Below, one piece after another: positions 38,126 through 48,507 of a stretch of 64,000 bases of DNA. Both the position numbers and the translations under genes were made by a program. Numbering within the stretch: the stretch's first letter is position 1; every line of letters starts with the position of its first letter. Origin of the DNA: an uncultured Peptoniphilus sp. (GTDB taxonomy: Bacteria; Bacillota; Clostridia; Tissierellales; Peptoniphilaceae); NCBI GenBank assembly GCA_902489255.1, contig CABTZF010000001.1:9032-73031 (forward strand), given 5' to 3'. The notes under the pieces were generated by a model that was not told the origin of the DNA, made no database searches, and saw only the letters and a program-made list of their open reading frames with translations.

Positions 38126-38915
38126 AGATATAACCATTGGACAATATTTTCCGGGTGAAAGTATTGTTCATAAATTTGATCCAAGATTAAAAATCATCAC
38201 AATGATTTTTTTTATAATAACTTTATTTTTTATAAGTACATTTGCTCCCTATATATTTGTAGCTTTATACTTATTAGTTATTATAAAAAATGCAAAATTG
38301 CCTTTAAATTTAGTTTTAAAAGGTATAAGACCGCTTAGGTGGATTTTGTTGATAACATTTGTTATTAATATTTTTTTCTTACCCGGAGAGCCGCTAATAA
38401 GTTTTGGCATCCTAACTATTACAAAAGAAGGATTAAAAACAGCTTTACTAATGGCTATTAGACTAATTTTTTTAGTATTGGGAACAAGTTTATTAACTTA
38501 TACAACTTCACCTATTGAACTTACCGATGGAATAGAAGCCCTTTTAAATCCTATGAAAAAAATTGGAGTGCCCAGCCATGAAATTGCTATGATGATGACT
38601 ATAGCTCTTAGATTTATTCCTACTCTTATAGAAGAAACTGATAAAATTATGAAGGCACAAATGGCAAGGGGAGCTGATTTTGAATCAGGTAATTTAATAA
38701 AAAGAGCTAAGAATTTGGTGCCTTTATTAGTACCCCTTTTTATTAATTCATTTAGAAGAGCGGATGAATTGGCAATAGCTATGGAAGCAAGATGTTACAG
38801 AGGCGGAGCAGGAAGGACAAAAATGAAAATTTTAGTTCTTGAAAAATATGATTATGCTTTATTTATCGGAAATTTAATATTTTTCTTAATACTGGTTCTT
38901 GCAGTAAAACTATGA
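38118..38915 (+). CDS. ecfT: energy-coupling factor transporter transmembrane component T
   Basis: 265 aa polytopic protein with ARG-containing coupling helices ([17 protein letters not shown]). Conserved ecfA1-A2-T order. Confidence 0.88.
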   Translation: MFKDITIGQYFPGESIVHKFDPRLKIITMIFFIITLFFISTFAPYIFVALYLLVIIKNAKLPLNLVLKGIRPLRWILLITFVINIFFLPGEPLISFGILTITKEGLKTALLMAIRLIFLVLGTSLLTYTTSPIELTDGIEALLNPMKKIGVPSHEIAMMMTIALRFIPTLIEETDKIMKAQMARGADFESGNLIKRAKNLVPLLVPLFINSFRRADELAIAMEARCYRGGAGRTKMKILVLEKYDYALFIGNLIFFLILVLAVKL

Positions 38916-39643
38916 ATATATTAATAAAAATTACTTATGATGGTACTAAGTATCATGGTTATCAAATACAAAAAAATGAAAAAACAATTGAGGGTGAATT
39001 GACTCGTGCTGTTTCTGAAACCCTAAAAAAACCCACAAAAATATATTCAGCAGGAAGAACTGATAAAGGAGTGCACTCCTTGGGTCAGTTTGCTAATTTC
39101 TATGCTGAAACTACAATAGATTTGGGAAATCTTCCCAGAGTAATAAACTACCATTTACCTGAGGATATCTCAGTTGTTAGTGCAAAAAAAGTGTCAAACG
39201 ATTTTCATGCCAGATTTTCAGCTAAGAAAAAAATTTATCGCTATATTATTTATAATTCCAGATATAGAAATGCACTTTTTTATAATAGGACTTACCAGTA
39301 TCCTTTTGAATTAAATTTGGAAACTATGAAAAAATCTTTTAATTATCTTATTGGAGAAAGGGACTTCGTTTCATTTATGGGTAGAGATGCTATCGTAAAA
39401 GATACTGTTAGAACGATATATTCAATTAGTATAAGTAGTAAAAATGACTTCCTATATTTTGATTTTGTAGGAAAATCTTTCTTAAAAAATATGATAAGAA
39501 TTATTATGGGAACAGCCATTGAAATAGGCAGAGGTAAATACCCGCCAATTTATATGAAAGAAGTTTTAGAGAATAAAAAAAGAAAAAATGCAGGACCAAC
39601 TGTACCGGCTTGCGGATTATATCTAATGAATGTGATTTATTAA
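38912..39643 (+). CDS. truA: tRNA pseudouridine(38-40) synthase
   Basis: 243 aa. GRTDKGVHS catalytic Asp motif and conserved position after ecfT. Confidence 0.9.
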   Translation: MNILIKITYDGTKYHGYQIQKNEKTIEGELTRAVSETLKKPTKIYSAGRTDKGVHSLGQFANFYAETTIDLGNLPRVINYHLPEDISVVSAKKVSNDFHARFSAKKKIYRYIIYNSRYRNALFYNRTYQYPFELNLETMKKSFNYLIGERDFVSFMGRDAIVKDTVRTIYSISISSKNDFLYFDFVGKSFLKNMIRIIMGTAIEIGRGKYPPIYMKEVLENKKRKNAGPTVPACGLYLMNVIY

Positions 39644-40139
39644 TTATATTAATGGTTTAGATAAATTATTAAATTTAAAAATAATCAACAGTGTATTCAA
39701 GCTACCAAATATGACAATATTAAAATAATACATGTGATTTATATTTTAAAATTTAGAAGAATTCAATTTTTTAAAGATAAAATTTTTTTCATGGAGTTCT
39801 AAACTTGATATCAAGGAATTTTTTTCTACGATTGTCCTGCTTAGGGCTTTTTTTCTTTTGCAATTAGTCTATAAGAAATAGCAAAATATGCAAAGAAATT
39901 TATCTAAAAAAATTTTAAAATTTTCATAAAAATACTATATCATAAGTTCATATTATGCTATAATATTTAAAAATAAGATATATTAATTTAGAAATATTTA
40001 CACTTAGTTAATTATAAGGTGATCTTTATAATTTGAGTAACTATTTTTAAATGATACATTGATTTTTTATAAAAAAAAATATATACTTTAAAAAATAGCT
40101 TTATTAGTGTACTGATTTAGCTAAGTTAGGAGGTACAGT

Positions 40140-41534
40140 ATGATTGAAAAAGTCAATAGTTTTGTTAATGGTATAGTATGGGGTTGGCCAATGTTAATTC
40201 TTTTAGTTGGATGCGGAATTATTTTCACTTTCCGCTTGAATTTTATTCAACTGAGAAAATTTGCCTTTACTATGAAAAATACATTATTTAAAGCGTTTAA
40301 GAAAGATAATAGCGCTAAAGAGGGTGAACTAACAGCATTTCAAGCAGTTTCAACGGCTTTGGCGGCAACAGTGGGTACCGGAAATATTGCCGGAGTTGCT
40401 TTGGCTATAGCTACAGGTGGACCAGGAGCTGTATTCTGGATGTGGTTGTCTGCATTTTTTGGAATGTGCACAAAGTTTGCAGAAGTTGTTCTTGCAGTTA
40501 CTTTTAGAGAAAGAAGTGCTAATGGAGAATATTCCGGCGGACCAATGTACTATATAAAAAATGGACTTAAATTACCATGGCTTGCATATTCATTTGCATT
40601 TTTTGGAGCCTTTGCTTCTTTTGGGATTGGTAATATGACTCAATCAAATGCAATTTCCCAAACCATGAATACAACTTTCCATGTTGACACTAAAATAACA
40701 GGAATTATTTTAGTCATCCTTACGGGAATAGTTGTTATTGGTGGAATTAAGAGAATAGCCTTAGTTACAGAAAGATTAGTACCTTTTATGTCAATATTTT
40801 ATATTATTGGTGGGCTTGTGGTTTTAGCTTTAGAAGCTGATAAGATACCAGGAGCTTTTGCATTAATTTTTAAGTCTGCCTTTAAACCGGAGGCTGCTTT
40901 AGGGGGAGCTTTGGGAGTTTCCTTAAAATTAACTATGAAGATGGGAATTGCAAGAGGAGTATTTACAAATGAAGCAGGTTTAGGTTCTGCTCCTATAGCC
41001 CATGCCGCTTCAAATACAGATCACCCGGTTAGACAAGGTTTATGGGGGATTTTTGAAGTATTTACAGATACAATTATTGTTTGCTCAATAACTGCACTAA
41101 CGATATTGACATCAGGACTTTGGAACAGTGGGCTTGAAGGAGCTGATTTAACTGTAGCTGCTTTTGAAAGCGGATTTACAGGAGCCAAATATATTGTTTC
41201 AATAGGATTATTGTTATTTGCATTTTCAACTACATTAGGTTGGGCATATTATGGAGAAAAATGTTTTAAATTTTTAGTAGGAGATAAAATTGGAAAATAT
41301 TATAGGTTTTTATATGTACCGACTTGTTATTTAGGAGCAACGGGAAGTTTACAACTGATGTGGAATATTTCCGATACCTTAAATGGTCTTATGGCTATAC
41401 CAAATTTAGTTGGGTTAATCTTACTATCAAAAGTTGTTGTTATTTTAACAAAGGATTTCTTTAAAAATCCCGATTATATTAGAGAAAGTCCAAATGAATA
41501 TTTAAACATATTACCGGAGAAGTATAAATTTTAG
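40140..41534 (+). CDS. alanine/glycine:cation (sodium) symporter, AGCS family
   Basis: 464 aa with about 11 TM helices. AATVGTGNIAGVALAIATGGPGAVFWMW is the AGCS signature. Confidence 0.88.
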   Translation: MIEKVNSFVNGIVWGWPMLILLVGCGIIFTFRLNFIQLRKFAFTMKNTLFKAFKKDNSAKEGELTAFQAVSTALAATVGTGNIAGVALAIATGGPGAVFWMWLSAFFGMCTKFAEVVLAVTFRERSANGEYSGGPMYYIKNGLKLPWLAYSFAFFGAFASFGIGNMTQSNAISQTMNTTFHVDTKITGIILVILTGIVVIGGIKRIALVTERLVPFMSIFYIIGGLVVLALEADKIPGAFALIFKSAFKPEAALGGALGVSLKLTMKMGIARGVFTNEAGLGSAPIAHAASNTDHPVRQGLWGIFEVFTDTIIVCSITALTILTSGLWNSGLEGADLTVAAFESGFTGAKYIVSIGLLLFAFSTTLGWAYYGEKCFKFLVGDKIGKYYRFLYVPTCYLGATGSLQLMWNISDTLNGLMAIPNLVGLILLSKVVVILTKDFFKNPDYIRESPNEYLNILPEKYKF

Positions 41535-41753
41535 TAAAGCATGTTGAAAATATTTTTTAAATTTTGGATACTAGAGGACTAAACCCTTAGGCTTAAAGAT
41601 TAAATTAGGGAAATGCCGATGCTTAAATCTCACTTTTACAATTTTAAAATGATATGGAAGCTATAATAGTAATTAAACTAAATAACAATTTATAAGCATT
41701 GCAATTTTTCTATATTGTTAAACCCTAAGGGTTTTCTATACCATAAGTTTTTT

Positions 41754-41781
41754 ATCCACTAAAAATAGTGGATATTTTTTT
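41754..41781 (+). terminator. rho-independent terminator
   Basis: ATCCACTA-AAAA-TAGTGGAT (8-bp perfect stem), then ATTTTTTT. Confidence 0.7.
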
Positions 41782-41985
41782 ATTAAATGACTTTTATAAT
41801 TAGTAGGGAAATAGTATAAGTTTTTTATTTAATAAATTGAGATAATTGCAAATGACTTTATAAAATGCTTTTATTTAACATATACTCTTGTATTAATATG
41901 ATTGTAATTATAAAAATAATGTTAAGGAAATTGAAATATAAATATTATATAAAATCTTTGGAATTATTTGATAAAGCTGCATAAA

Positions 41986-42014
41986 TTGATATTGAAAGGT
42001 AAATTTGGTATAAT
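41986..42014 (+). promoter_or_regulatory. sigma-70 type promoter with extended -10 upstream of asp23-nusB
   Basis: TTGATA (41986-41991), 17-nt spacer ending in TGG, TATAAT (42009-42014). Confidence 0.55.
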
Positions 42015-42036
42015 ATAAAAAATTGGAGGTGGACTT

Positions 42037-42420
42037 ATGGATAACAAGTATTTAATTGATGATAGCTCCGTTGAAGGAAATGTTAAAATTTCTGATGAAG
42101 TAATTGAAACAATCGCTTCCGTTGCAGCTGAAAAAGTTGAAGGCGTGGTTAAAATGCAAACAAACTTAAAATCGCAAGTAACTGATATTTTTTCTGTTAA
42201 GAATCCTAATAGAGGGGCAAAGGTTAATGTTGGAGAAAAAGAAGCACTTGTTGATATATATATTACTGTAGAATATGGCAGGAAAATAGTTGAAATTTGC
42301 AAGAAAGTTCAAGAAGCTGTAAAAGAAGCTATTGAAAATATGACTGATTTATCTGTAATGGAAATCAATGTTCACGTAACAGGTATTGCTATTGAAAAGA
42401 AAGACAAAATAAGGGTATAA
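42037..42420 (+). CDS. Asp23/Gls24 family envelope stress (alkaline shock) protein
   Basis: 127 aa. ISDEVIETIASVAAEKVEGV N-terminal motif of the Asp23 family. Confidence 0.85.
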   Translation: MDNKYLIDDSSVEGNVKISDEVIETIASVAAEKVEGVVKMQTNLKSQVTDIFSVKNPNRGAKVNVGEKEALVDIYITVEYGRKIVEICKKVQEAVKEAIENMTDLSVMEINVHVTGIAIEKKDKIRV

Positions 42421-42423
42421 GAG

Positions 42424-42843
42424 ATGGGAAGAAAAAAGGCAAGAGTAGGAGCTATGCAAGTTCTATATTCAATGGAACTTAATAAGGATTTTTCTGATAT
42501 TAGCCTTGAAACCTTTTTCGAAAACTATGAATTTACAGAAGAGGAGAAGTCTTATATAAGTTCTGTTATTAAAGATTTAGTAAAAAAAATTGGACTTGTT
42601 GATGAAGTCCTTTCTAATAATTTAGAAGGTTGGACTTTGCCTAGGCTTGCAACTGTTGATAGGGAGATTTTACGCATTGCTGTTTATGAATTTCTATATA
42701 GAGATGACATACCTATTGAAGTTTCTATAAATGAAGCTGTTGAAATTGCAAAAAATTATTCTTCTCCGGAATCGCCAAAATTTATTAATGGTATATTGGC
42801 ATCAATTTTTAAAAACTTAAATTATGAAAGCAATAAAAGTTAA
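42424..42843 (+). CDS. nusB: transcription antitermination factor NusB
   Basis: 139 aa with ARVGAMQVLY start, DREILRIAVYE and INEAVEIAK motifs. Confidence 0.9.
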   Translation: MGRKKARVGAMQVLYSMELNKDFSDISLETFFENYEFTEEEKSYISSVIKDLVKKIGLVDEVLSNNLEGWTLPRLATVDREILRIAVYEFLYRDDIPIEVSINEAVEIAKNYSSPESPKFINGILASIFKNLNYESNKS

Positions 42844-44422
42844 AGAACTGAATGCATATTTAAAAAAAATTGTATCTATGGATTTTCTCCTAACCGACAT
42901 AGTAGTTGAAGGAGAAATTTCTAATTTTAAAATACACGAAAATGGCAATATATATTTTTCACTTAAGGATGATTCTAGTAGAATCAACGCTATAATTTTT
43001 TATAAGGATACATCAAACTTAGATTTTAATATTGAAAATGGGCTAAAAATTGTTGTTAGGGGTTCAGTAAATTACTATGAGAAGGACTCTCAGATAACTT
43101 TTTTCGTAAGTGAAGTAATATCTCACTCGTCAGGAAATTTGTTTAATGATTATTTAAGATTAAAACAAAAACTAGAATCAGAAGGACTCTTTAATCCATG
43201 CCATAAAGTTGAAATACCGGTATTTCCAAAAACAATCGGCGTTATTACGTCGTCTTCGGGAGCGGCAGTAAGAGATATTGTAAATATGATTAGGTTAAGA
43301 AATAATTTAATAAATATTATTATTTATCCAAGTTTAGTTCAAGGACCTGATGCACCGGAAGATTTAATTGGCGGAATAGAGTATTTTAATAGTAGAAAAA
43401 ACATTGATCTTATAATCCTAGGTAGAGGCGGCGGCAGTTTTGAAGACTTATTCTGCTTTAATGACGAATCTTTAGCAAGAGCTATATATAATTCTAAAAT
43501 ACCTATTATTTCAGCAGTGGGTCATGAGATAGATTACTCTATTTCTGATTTTGTCGCAGATATGAGAGCGGCAACGCCAACAAAAGCAGCTGAAATTGCA
43601 ACAATAAGTAAAAGAGAAATTGAAAATAAATTGCATAATTCTTTAAAAAGTTTAAACACTAATATCACTGATACAATAGTTAAAGACATAAATAGATTAA
43701 AATCACAAGCATATTTACTTAAAATATTATCCCCACAAAGTACAGTTAAACTTAATAGAGATAATATCTTAAATACTTTTAACAAATTAAATTTTTTAAT
43801 GTCTAATTTAATTAATAAAAATGCAAATTTTCTTAGAATTTCGCACAAGACCTTAAACCTATATGATTTTAAAATAGAAGCCAGAAAAGAAAGTCTTGAT
43901 TTTTTAAGAAAAAAACTAATGTTATATTATTATCAAAAAAATAAATTTTTAAAAAACAAATTAGACCACTATTTAAAGTTAATTAATTACAGCATCAATA
44001 ATAAATTAAAAGTTGAGTACACTAGAATTTCTGAAGCAAAATGCTTCTTTATAAATTATAAAATTAGGGACAGGATAGAAAAAAATCATATAATCTTAAA
44101 AGATTTAGGGTTAACATTATCAAAAATAAGCCTTTCAACAATTTTTATGGAAAATATAAATTATTTAACTAATAAAAAATCTATGTTAAATTACTTAATG
44201 CTAAGTGAGCTTAATAGTAAAAGGAATTATTTAAGTTTACTTAATTACAAATTAAAAAAAATATATAATGATCTTAATAAGATTAATATTTATTTAGAAA
44301 ATGGTCAAATGCTTAAAGATATAAGACAGTTATCTAAGGGAGCAAAGGTTAAAATTTTTTTAAAAAACGGTTATGCCAAAGCTGAAATTAAAGAAATCGA
44401 GGAAAAATATTATGGAAAATGA
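42824..44422 (+). CDS. xseA: exodeoxyribonuclease VII large subunit
   Basis: N-terminal OB fold (VEGEISNFKIHENGNIYFSLKD) and catalytic core (GVITSSSGAAVRDI, GRGGGSFEDL, GHEID). Long N/K/L-rich helical C-terminus; 532 aa in total. Confidence 0.88.
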   Translation: MKAIKVKELNAYLKKIVSMDFLLTDIVVEGEISNFKIHENGNIYFSLKDDSSRINAIIFYKDTSNLDFNIENGLKIVVRGSVNYYEKDSQITFFVSEVISHSSGNLFNDYLRLKQKLESEGLFNPCHKVEIPVFPKTIGVITSSSGAAVRDIVNMIRLRNNLINIIIYPSLVQGPDAPEDLIGGIEYFNSRKNIDLIILGRGGGSFEDLFCFNDESLARAIYNSKIPIISAVGHEIDYSISDFVADMRAATPTKAAEIATISKREIENKLHNSLKSLNTNITDTIVKDINRLKSQAYLLKILSPQSTVKLNRDNILNTFNKLNFLMSNLINKNANFLRISHKTLNLYDFKIEARKESLDFLRKKLMLYYYQKNKFLKNKLDHYLKLINYSINNKLKVEYTRISEAKCFFINYKIRDRIEKNHIILKDLGLTLSKISLSTIFMENINYLTNKKSMLNYLMLSELNSKRNYLSLLNYKLKKIYNDLNKINIYLENGQMLKDIRQLSKGAKVKIFLKNGYAKAEIKEIEEKYYGK

Positions 44423-44618
44423 TTATGAGAAATCTTTTAATGAACTTGAAGCTATTATTAAAGATTTAGAATCTAATAATATCAGTTTGGAAGAGTCTAT
44501 AAAAAAATATGAAAGGGCTATTGAATTATATAGACATTTGGATAATATTCTTAAGGATTATGAAGGTAGGGTCAACACAATAATTAAGGATAATAAAGAT
44601 GTATTAAAAGGTAATTGA
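44412..44618 (+). CDS. xseB: exodeoxyribonuclease VII small subunit
   Basis: ORF 44373..44618. ATG 44412 gives MENDYEKSFNELEAIIKDLESNNISLEESIKKYERAIELY, typical of XseB. Confidence 0.85.
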   Translation: MENDYEKSFNELEAIIKDLESNNISLEESIKKYERAIELYRHLDNILKDYEGRVNTIIKDNKDVLKGN

Positions 44619-44619
44619 T

Positions 44620-45489
44620 ATGGAAAAATTTGAGGAATTAAGTTCTATTATCGGTGAATTGGATTCATATTTAAGTAATACCTTTACTTATGTAGATGAA
44701 TCTCTGGCAAAAATTTATGAGTCAATGAAATTCTCCCTATTTTCAGGGGGTAAACGAATACGCCCTTTACTTGCAATAATTACCTATAATGAATTGTGCG
44801 AAGATCCAAAGTTAGATAAGATTCTTCCATTTGCAGCAGCCTTGGAGATGATTCATACTTATTCTTTAATACACGATGACTTACCATCTATGGATAATGA
44901 TGACATAAGACGAGATAAACCAACCAACCATAAAGTATATTCAGAAGCTATAGCCATTTTAGCAGGTGATGGTCTACTAAATATGTCTATGGAAGTTTTA
45001 GCTAAATATATGGAAAGTTTAGAAGATATGGATGAGTTGAAAAAATGTTTAAAAGCAACAAAATTCATATATAATTCCTCAGGTGTTTTAGGAATGGTTG
45101 GCGGTCAATTATTAGATATAGATAATAATGTTGAAAAATTTAACCAAGAAATTTGTGAAGATATGTATAGTTTAAAAACGGCAGCTTTATTAAAAGCTTC
45201 GATAATTACCGGTGCTATTATTGCGGGCTCTGATTCTGAAGTTATCTCAAAGCTTAAAGAATTCGGTCAATGTGTTGGACTTGCTTATCAGTATAAGGAT
45301 GACTTATTGGATATGGACAAGGATTCAAAAAACTGCAAAAATACAATGCTTAAATTTAAATCAAAAGATGAGATTGAGGATGACATAGAAGCTTTAACCA
45401 AACAGGGCATAGAAGCAATTGCAAATATTAATTTTAAAGATGAAATTTTAAAAGAATTTTGTATGGAATTAATTAAGAGGGATTTTTAA
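44620..45489 (+). CDS. ispA: polyprenyl (farnesyl/geranylgeranyl) diphosphate synthase
   Basis: First Asp-rich motif LIHDDLPSMDNDDIRR and second motif YKDDLLD. Confidence 0.88.
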   Translation: MEKFEELSSIIGELDSYLSNTFTYVDESLAKIYESMKFSLFSGGKRIRPLLAIITYNELCEDPKLDKILPFAAALEMIHTYSLIHDDLPSMDNDDIRRDKPTNHKVYSEAIAILAGDGLLNMSMEVLAKYMESLEDMDELKKCLKATKFIYNSSGVLGMVGGQLLDIDNNVEKFNQEICEDMYSLKTAALLKASIITGAIIAGSDSEVISKLKEFGQCVGLAYQYKDDLLDMDKDSKNCKNTMLKFKSKDEIEDDIEALTKQGIEAIANINFKDEILKEFCMELIKRDF

Positions 45490-46289
45490 TGGCAAAAATT
45501 AGGGCTGATTTATTGTTAGTTAATAAAGGTTTGGCTCCTTCCAGAGAAAAAGCTAAAAGAATAATTATGGAGGCGAAAGCTTTTATTGGAACTAATAGAA
45601 TTGAAAAGCCCGGAGAGCTCCTTGATGAAGATACTGATATAAAAATAAAATCAAATGCTATTGAATTTGTATCAAGAGGCGGCTATAAATTAAAAAAGGT
45701 GCTTGAAGACCATAACATAGATTTAACAGATAGAATATGTATAGATATCGGAGCTTCAACCGGCGGATTTACAGATTGTATGCTTAAACATGGGGCAAAA
45801 AAAGTTTATGCAATAGATGTGGGTTATAATCAGTTAGCTTATAAATTAAGAACGGATTCAAGGGTTATTGTTATGGAAAGATGTAATATAAGGCATCTTG
45901 ACAAAGACAAAATTAAAGAAAAAGTTAGCTTTATTTCAATAGATGTTTCTTTTATTTCATTAGAACTTGTTTTACCTAAGGCTCTTGAGCTTGCCGATGA
46001 AAAATGTGAATTTGTTGCCCTAATAAAACCACAATTTGAAGCAGGAAAAGAAAAAGTTGGAAAAGGCGGTATTGTAAGAGACTGTAAAGTTCATCTTGAA
46101 GTTTTAAAAAAAATTTGCGACTGTGCGAAGACACTAAACTTAAATATTAAGGATATATGTTATTCACCGATTACAGGAACAAAGGGAAATATTGAATTTT
46201 TAATTTACATGGATAATTATTCAAATCATTCAGATAGTTTTGATTTAAATCATATAGTAAAAGAAGCTCGGGATAATTTAAAGAAGTAA
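45489..46289 (+). CDS. tlyA: TlyA family rRNA (cytidine-2-prime-O)-methyltransferase
   Basis: N-terminal S4 domain (RADLLLVNKGLAPSREKAKRII) and FtsJ-type SAM site DIGASTGGFTDC. Confidence 0.85.
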   Translation: MAKIRADLLLVNKGLAPSREKAKRIIMEAKAFIGTNRIEKPGELLDEDTDIKIKSNAIEFVSRGGYKLKKVLEDHNIDLTDRICIDIGASTGGFTDCMLKHGAKKVYAIDVGYNQLAYKLRTDSRVIVMERCNIRHLDKDKIKEKVSFISIDVSFISLELVLPKALELADEKCEFVALIKPQFEAGKEKVGKGGIVRDCKVHLEVLKKICDCAKTLNLNIKDICYSPITGTKGNIEFLIYMDNYSNHSDSFDLNHIVKEARDNLKK

Positions 46290-46298
46290 TGGTGAAAT

Positions 46299-47978
46299 AT
46301 GCTATTAGAATTAAGAATTGAAAATTTTGCAATCATTGAAAATATGACTATTAATTTTGATAAGGGCTTAAACGTTATTACCGGAGAAACCGGTAGCGGT
46401 AAGTCCATTATTATTGATGCCCTGGGTATGGTCTTAGGCGGACGAGCAAGTAAAGATATAATAAAAACCGGTGAGGACTCATGTCATATTGAAGCTGTAT
46501 TCGCAATATATGATGAAAACATTAAAAATTTGTTAATTGATATGGGCATAGGTGAGGATGATTATTTTGTTATTACTAAGGATATAAATATAAATGGTCC
46601 AAGTATTACACGAATAAATAATAGGGTCGTTACATCAGTCACTCTCACAAATATTGTAGCAAAAATTATAGATATATTTGCTCAACACGAGTCAATGTCC
46701 TTAATGAATCAAGAAAGTCAAAAATATCTTTTAGATAGTTTTGGAAATAAGAAACATATAGAAAATTTACTTACCTTAAAATCTTTAGTTAAAGAAATAA
46801 ACACTCTGACCAAAGAATATGAAGAAAAGATAAGCTCATCAACCAATAAAGAAAGGGAGATTGACTTATTAAATTATCAAATCACAGAAATTAATGATGC
46901 CAGACTTTCTTCTTATGATGAAGAGGAATTAGAAGAAGATTATTTGAAATTGAATAACATTACTAGTTCCATAGATTCCTTATCAAAAGCCTTAAATATA
47001 TTAAAATCTAATTTTTCTGATTTTAATATAGAAGATGCCTTAGATAAATCTTTAGTTGAAATTAATAGGGTTTTAAAATTCAATAGTGATCTTAAAACTG
47101 ATTATGAAGAACTTGAAGACATAAGATACAGAATAAAATACATAAATGGGAATATAGAAAGTTATATGAACTCATTAGAGTTTGATGGTGAAAAATTACA
47201 TAATTTAGAAGAGAGATTAAATTTAGTAAATAAGTTAAAAAGTAAATATGGTAAGACCATAGAGGAAATAAATTCTTTTCTTGCAAAGAGTCAAGATAGG
47301 CTTGATTTTTTAGAAAATTCTGAAAATAAGATTGAAGAACTAAAGAATATAATAAAAGAGAAAAAAGATAAAGCCATAGAAATGGCTAAGGAAATTAGTG
47401 AAGCCAGAAAATTATTAGCAGATGATTTGAAACATAAAATATCTAAAGAACTTCAAGAATTAAATATTAAAAATGCAAAATTTAAAATTGATATTAAAGA
47501 GAAAGAATTATCTTATGACGGCATTGATAATATTGAATTTATGATTTCAAGTAACTTAGGAGAAATTTACAAGCCTATTTCAAAAATTGCTTCAGGCGGA
47601 GAAATGTCAAGGCTTATGCTTGCATTTAAAAGTATTATAGCTAATAAGGATAATATTGAAACTTTAATTTTTGATGAAATAGATACAGGAATTAGTGGAA
47701 AAACGGCACAGATTGTAGGTAATAAAATAAAGAAACTTTCTAAGGGTAGACAGATTATTGTTATTAGCCACTTGCCACAGATAGTTTCGCTTGCAGATAG
47801 TCAGTTTTTAATAGAAAAAAAAGTTGATAATAATAAAACTCTATCAACAATAAAAAAATTGTCTATAGAGGAAAGAGTTCTGGAATTAGCTAGGCTTATT
47901 GGAGGCATTAATATAACGGATGCATCTATGAATGCAGCTAAAGAAATGTTAGGGGTGAAAGAAATTGAGTCAGATTGA
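46299..47978 (+). CDS. recN: DNA repair protein RecN
   Basis: 559 aa SMC-like protein. Walker A GETGSGKSI, long coiled coil, signature SGGEMSRLMLA, Walker B LIFDEID. Confidence 0.92.
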   Translation: MLLELRIENFAIIENMTINFDKGLNVITGETGSGKSIIIDALGMVLGGRASKDIIKTGEDSCHIEAVFAIYDENIKNLLIDMGIGEDDYFVITKDININGPSITRINNRVVTSVTLTNIVAKIIDIFAQHESMSLMNQESQKYLLDSFGNKKHIENLLTLKSLVKEINTLTKEYEEKISSSTNKEREIDLLNYQITEINDARLSSYDEEELEEDYLKLNNITSSIDSLSKALNILKSNFSDFNIEDALDKSLVEINRVLKFNSDLKTDYEELEDIRYRIKYINGNIESYMNSLEFDGEKLHNLEERLNLVNKLKSKYGKTIEEINSFLAKSQDRLDFLENSENKIEELKNIIKEKKDKAIEMAKEISEARKLLADDLKHKISKELQELNIKNAKFKIDIKEKELSYDGIDNIEFMISSNLGEIYKPISKIASGGEMSRLMLAFKSIIANKDNIETLIFDEIDTGISGKTAQIVGNKIKKLSKGRQIIVISHLPQIVSLADSQFLIEKKVDNNKTLSTIKKLSIEERVLELARLIGGINITDASMNAAKEMLGVKEIESD

Positions 47979-48507
47979 ACAGACCATGAGTTCTCAAAGT
48001 ATTTATGAGGGAAGAATTCTTAATTTAAGAGTTGATACTGTTGAAATGGATGGAAAAAAATATACAAAAAGGGAAATAGTTGAACATGCTCCTGTTGTTT
48101 GTATTTTAGCACTTACTGAAGATAATAATATTTTAATGGTTAGGCAATTTAGAAAGGCAGTTGACAAAGAATTATTGGAATTGCCAGCAGGTTTTGTAGA
48201 AATTGATGAAGAGCCGGTGGAGGCTGCAAAAAGAGAATTAGAGGAAGAAACGGGCTATTATTCTCATAAGTGTGAATATATAAGTGAATTTTACACATCT
48301 CCGGGGTTTTGTAATGAAAAAGTATATCTTTTTTTTGCAGAGGATTTAGAAAAAAGAGAACAACATTTAGATGATTGCGAAAATTTAACATTTGAAAAAA
48401 TACCTTTTGATGATGTTTTAAAACAAGTAAAAGTCGGAGATATTATTGATGCAAAAACAATATTGGGGATTTTATTGTATAATAATTTAAGAGGACGATA
48501 TGAATAA
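47965..48507 (+). CDS. NUDIX hydrolase (ADP-ribose pyrophosphatase type)
   Basis: Nudix box GFVEIDEEPVEAAKRELEEETG. TTG start after an AGGGGTGA SD; ATG 47986 is an alternative start. Confidence 0.8.
   Translation: MSQIEQTMSSQSIYEGRILNLRVDTVEMDGKKYTKREIVEHAPVVCILALTEDNNILMVRQFRKAVDKELLELPAGFVEIDEEPVEAAKRELEEETGYYSHKCEYISEFYTSPGFCNEKVYLFFAEDLEKREQHLDDCENLTFEKIPFDDVLKQVKVGDIIDAKTILGILLYNNLRGRYE

Noticed and set aside
39644-40139. A 496-bp leader upstream of the alanine/glycine symporter; checked for a glycine riboswitch or T-box.
   Set aside because: The region is extremely AT-rich. I found none of the conserved GGAGAG / CACCG-type glycine riboswitch cores or T-box sequences. There are only weak AT hairpins (for example 40010-40033) and a 12-bp palindrome CTTGATATCAAG (39804-39815) that could occur by chance.
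42824-44422. XseA is 532 aa, longer than the roughly 450 aa I expect.
   Set aside because: The extra length is an N/K/L-rich extension of the helical region, consistent with AT-rich genome drift. The catalytic motifs are intact, and I see no separate domain.
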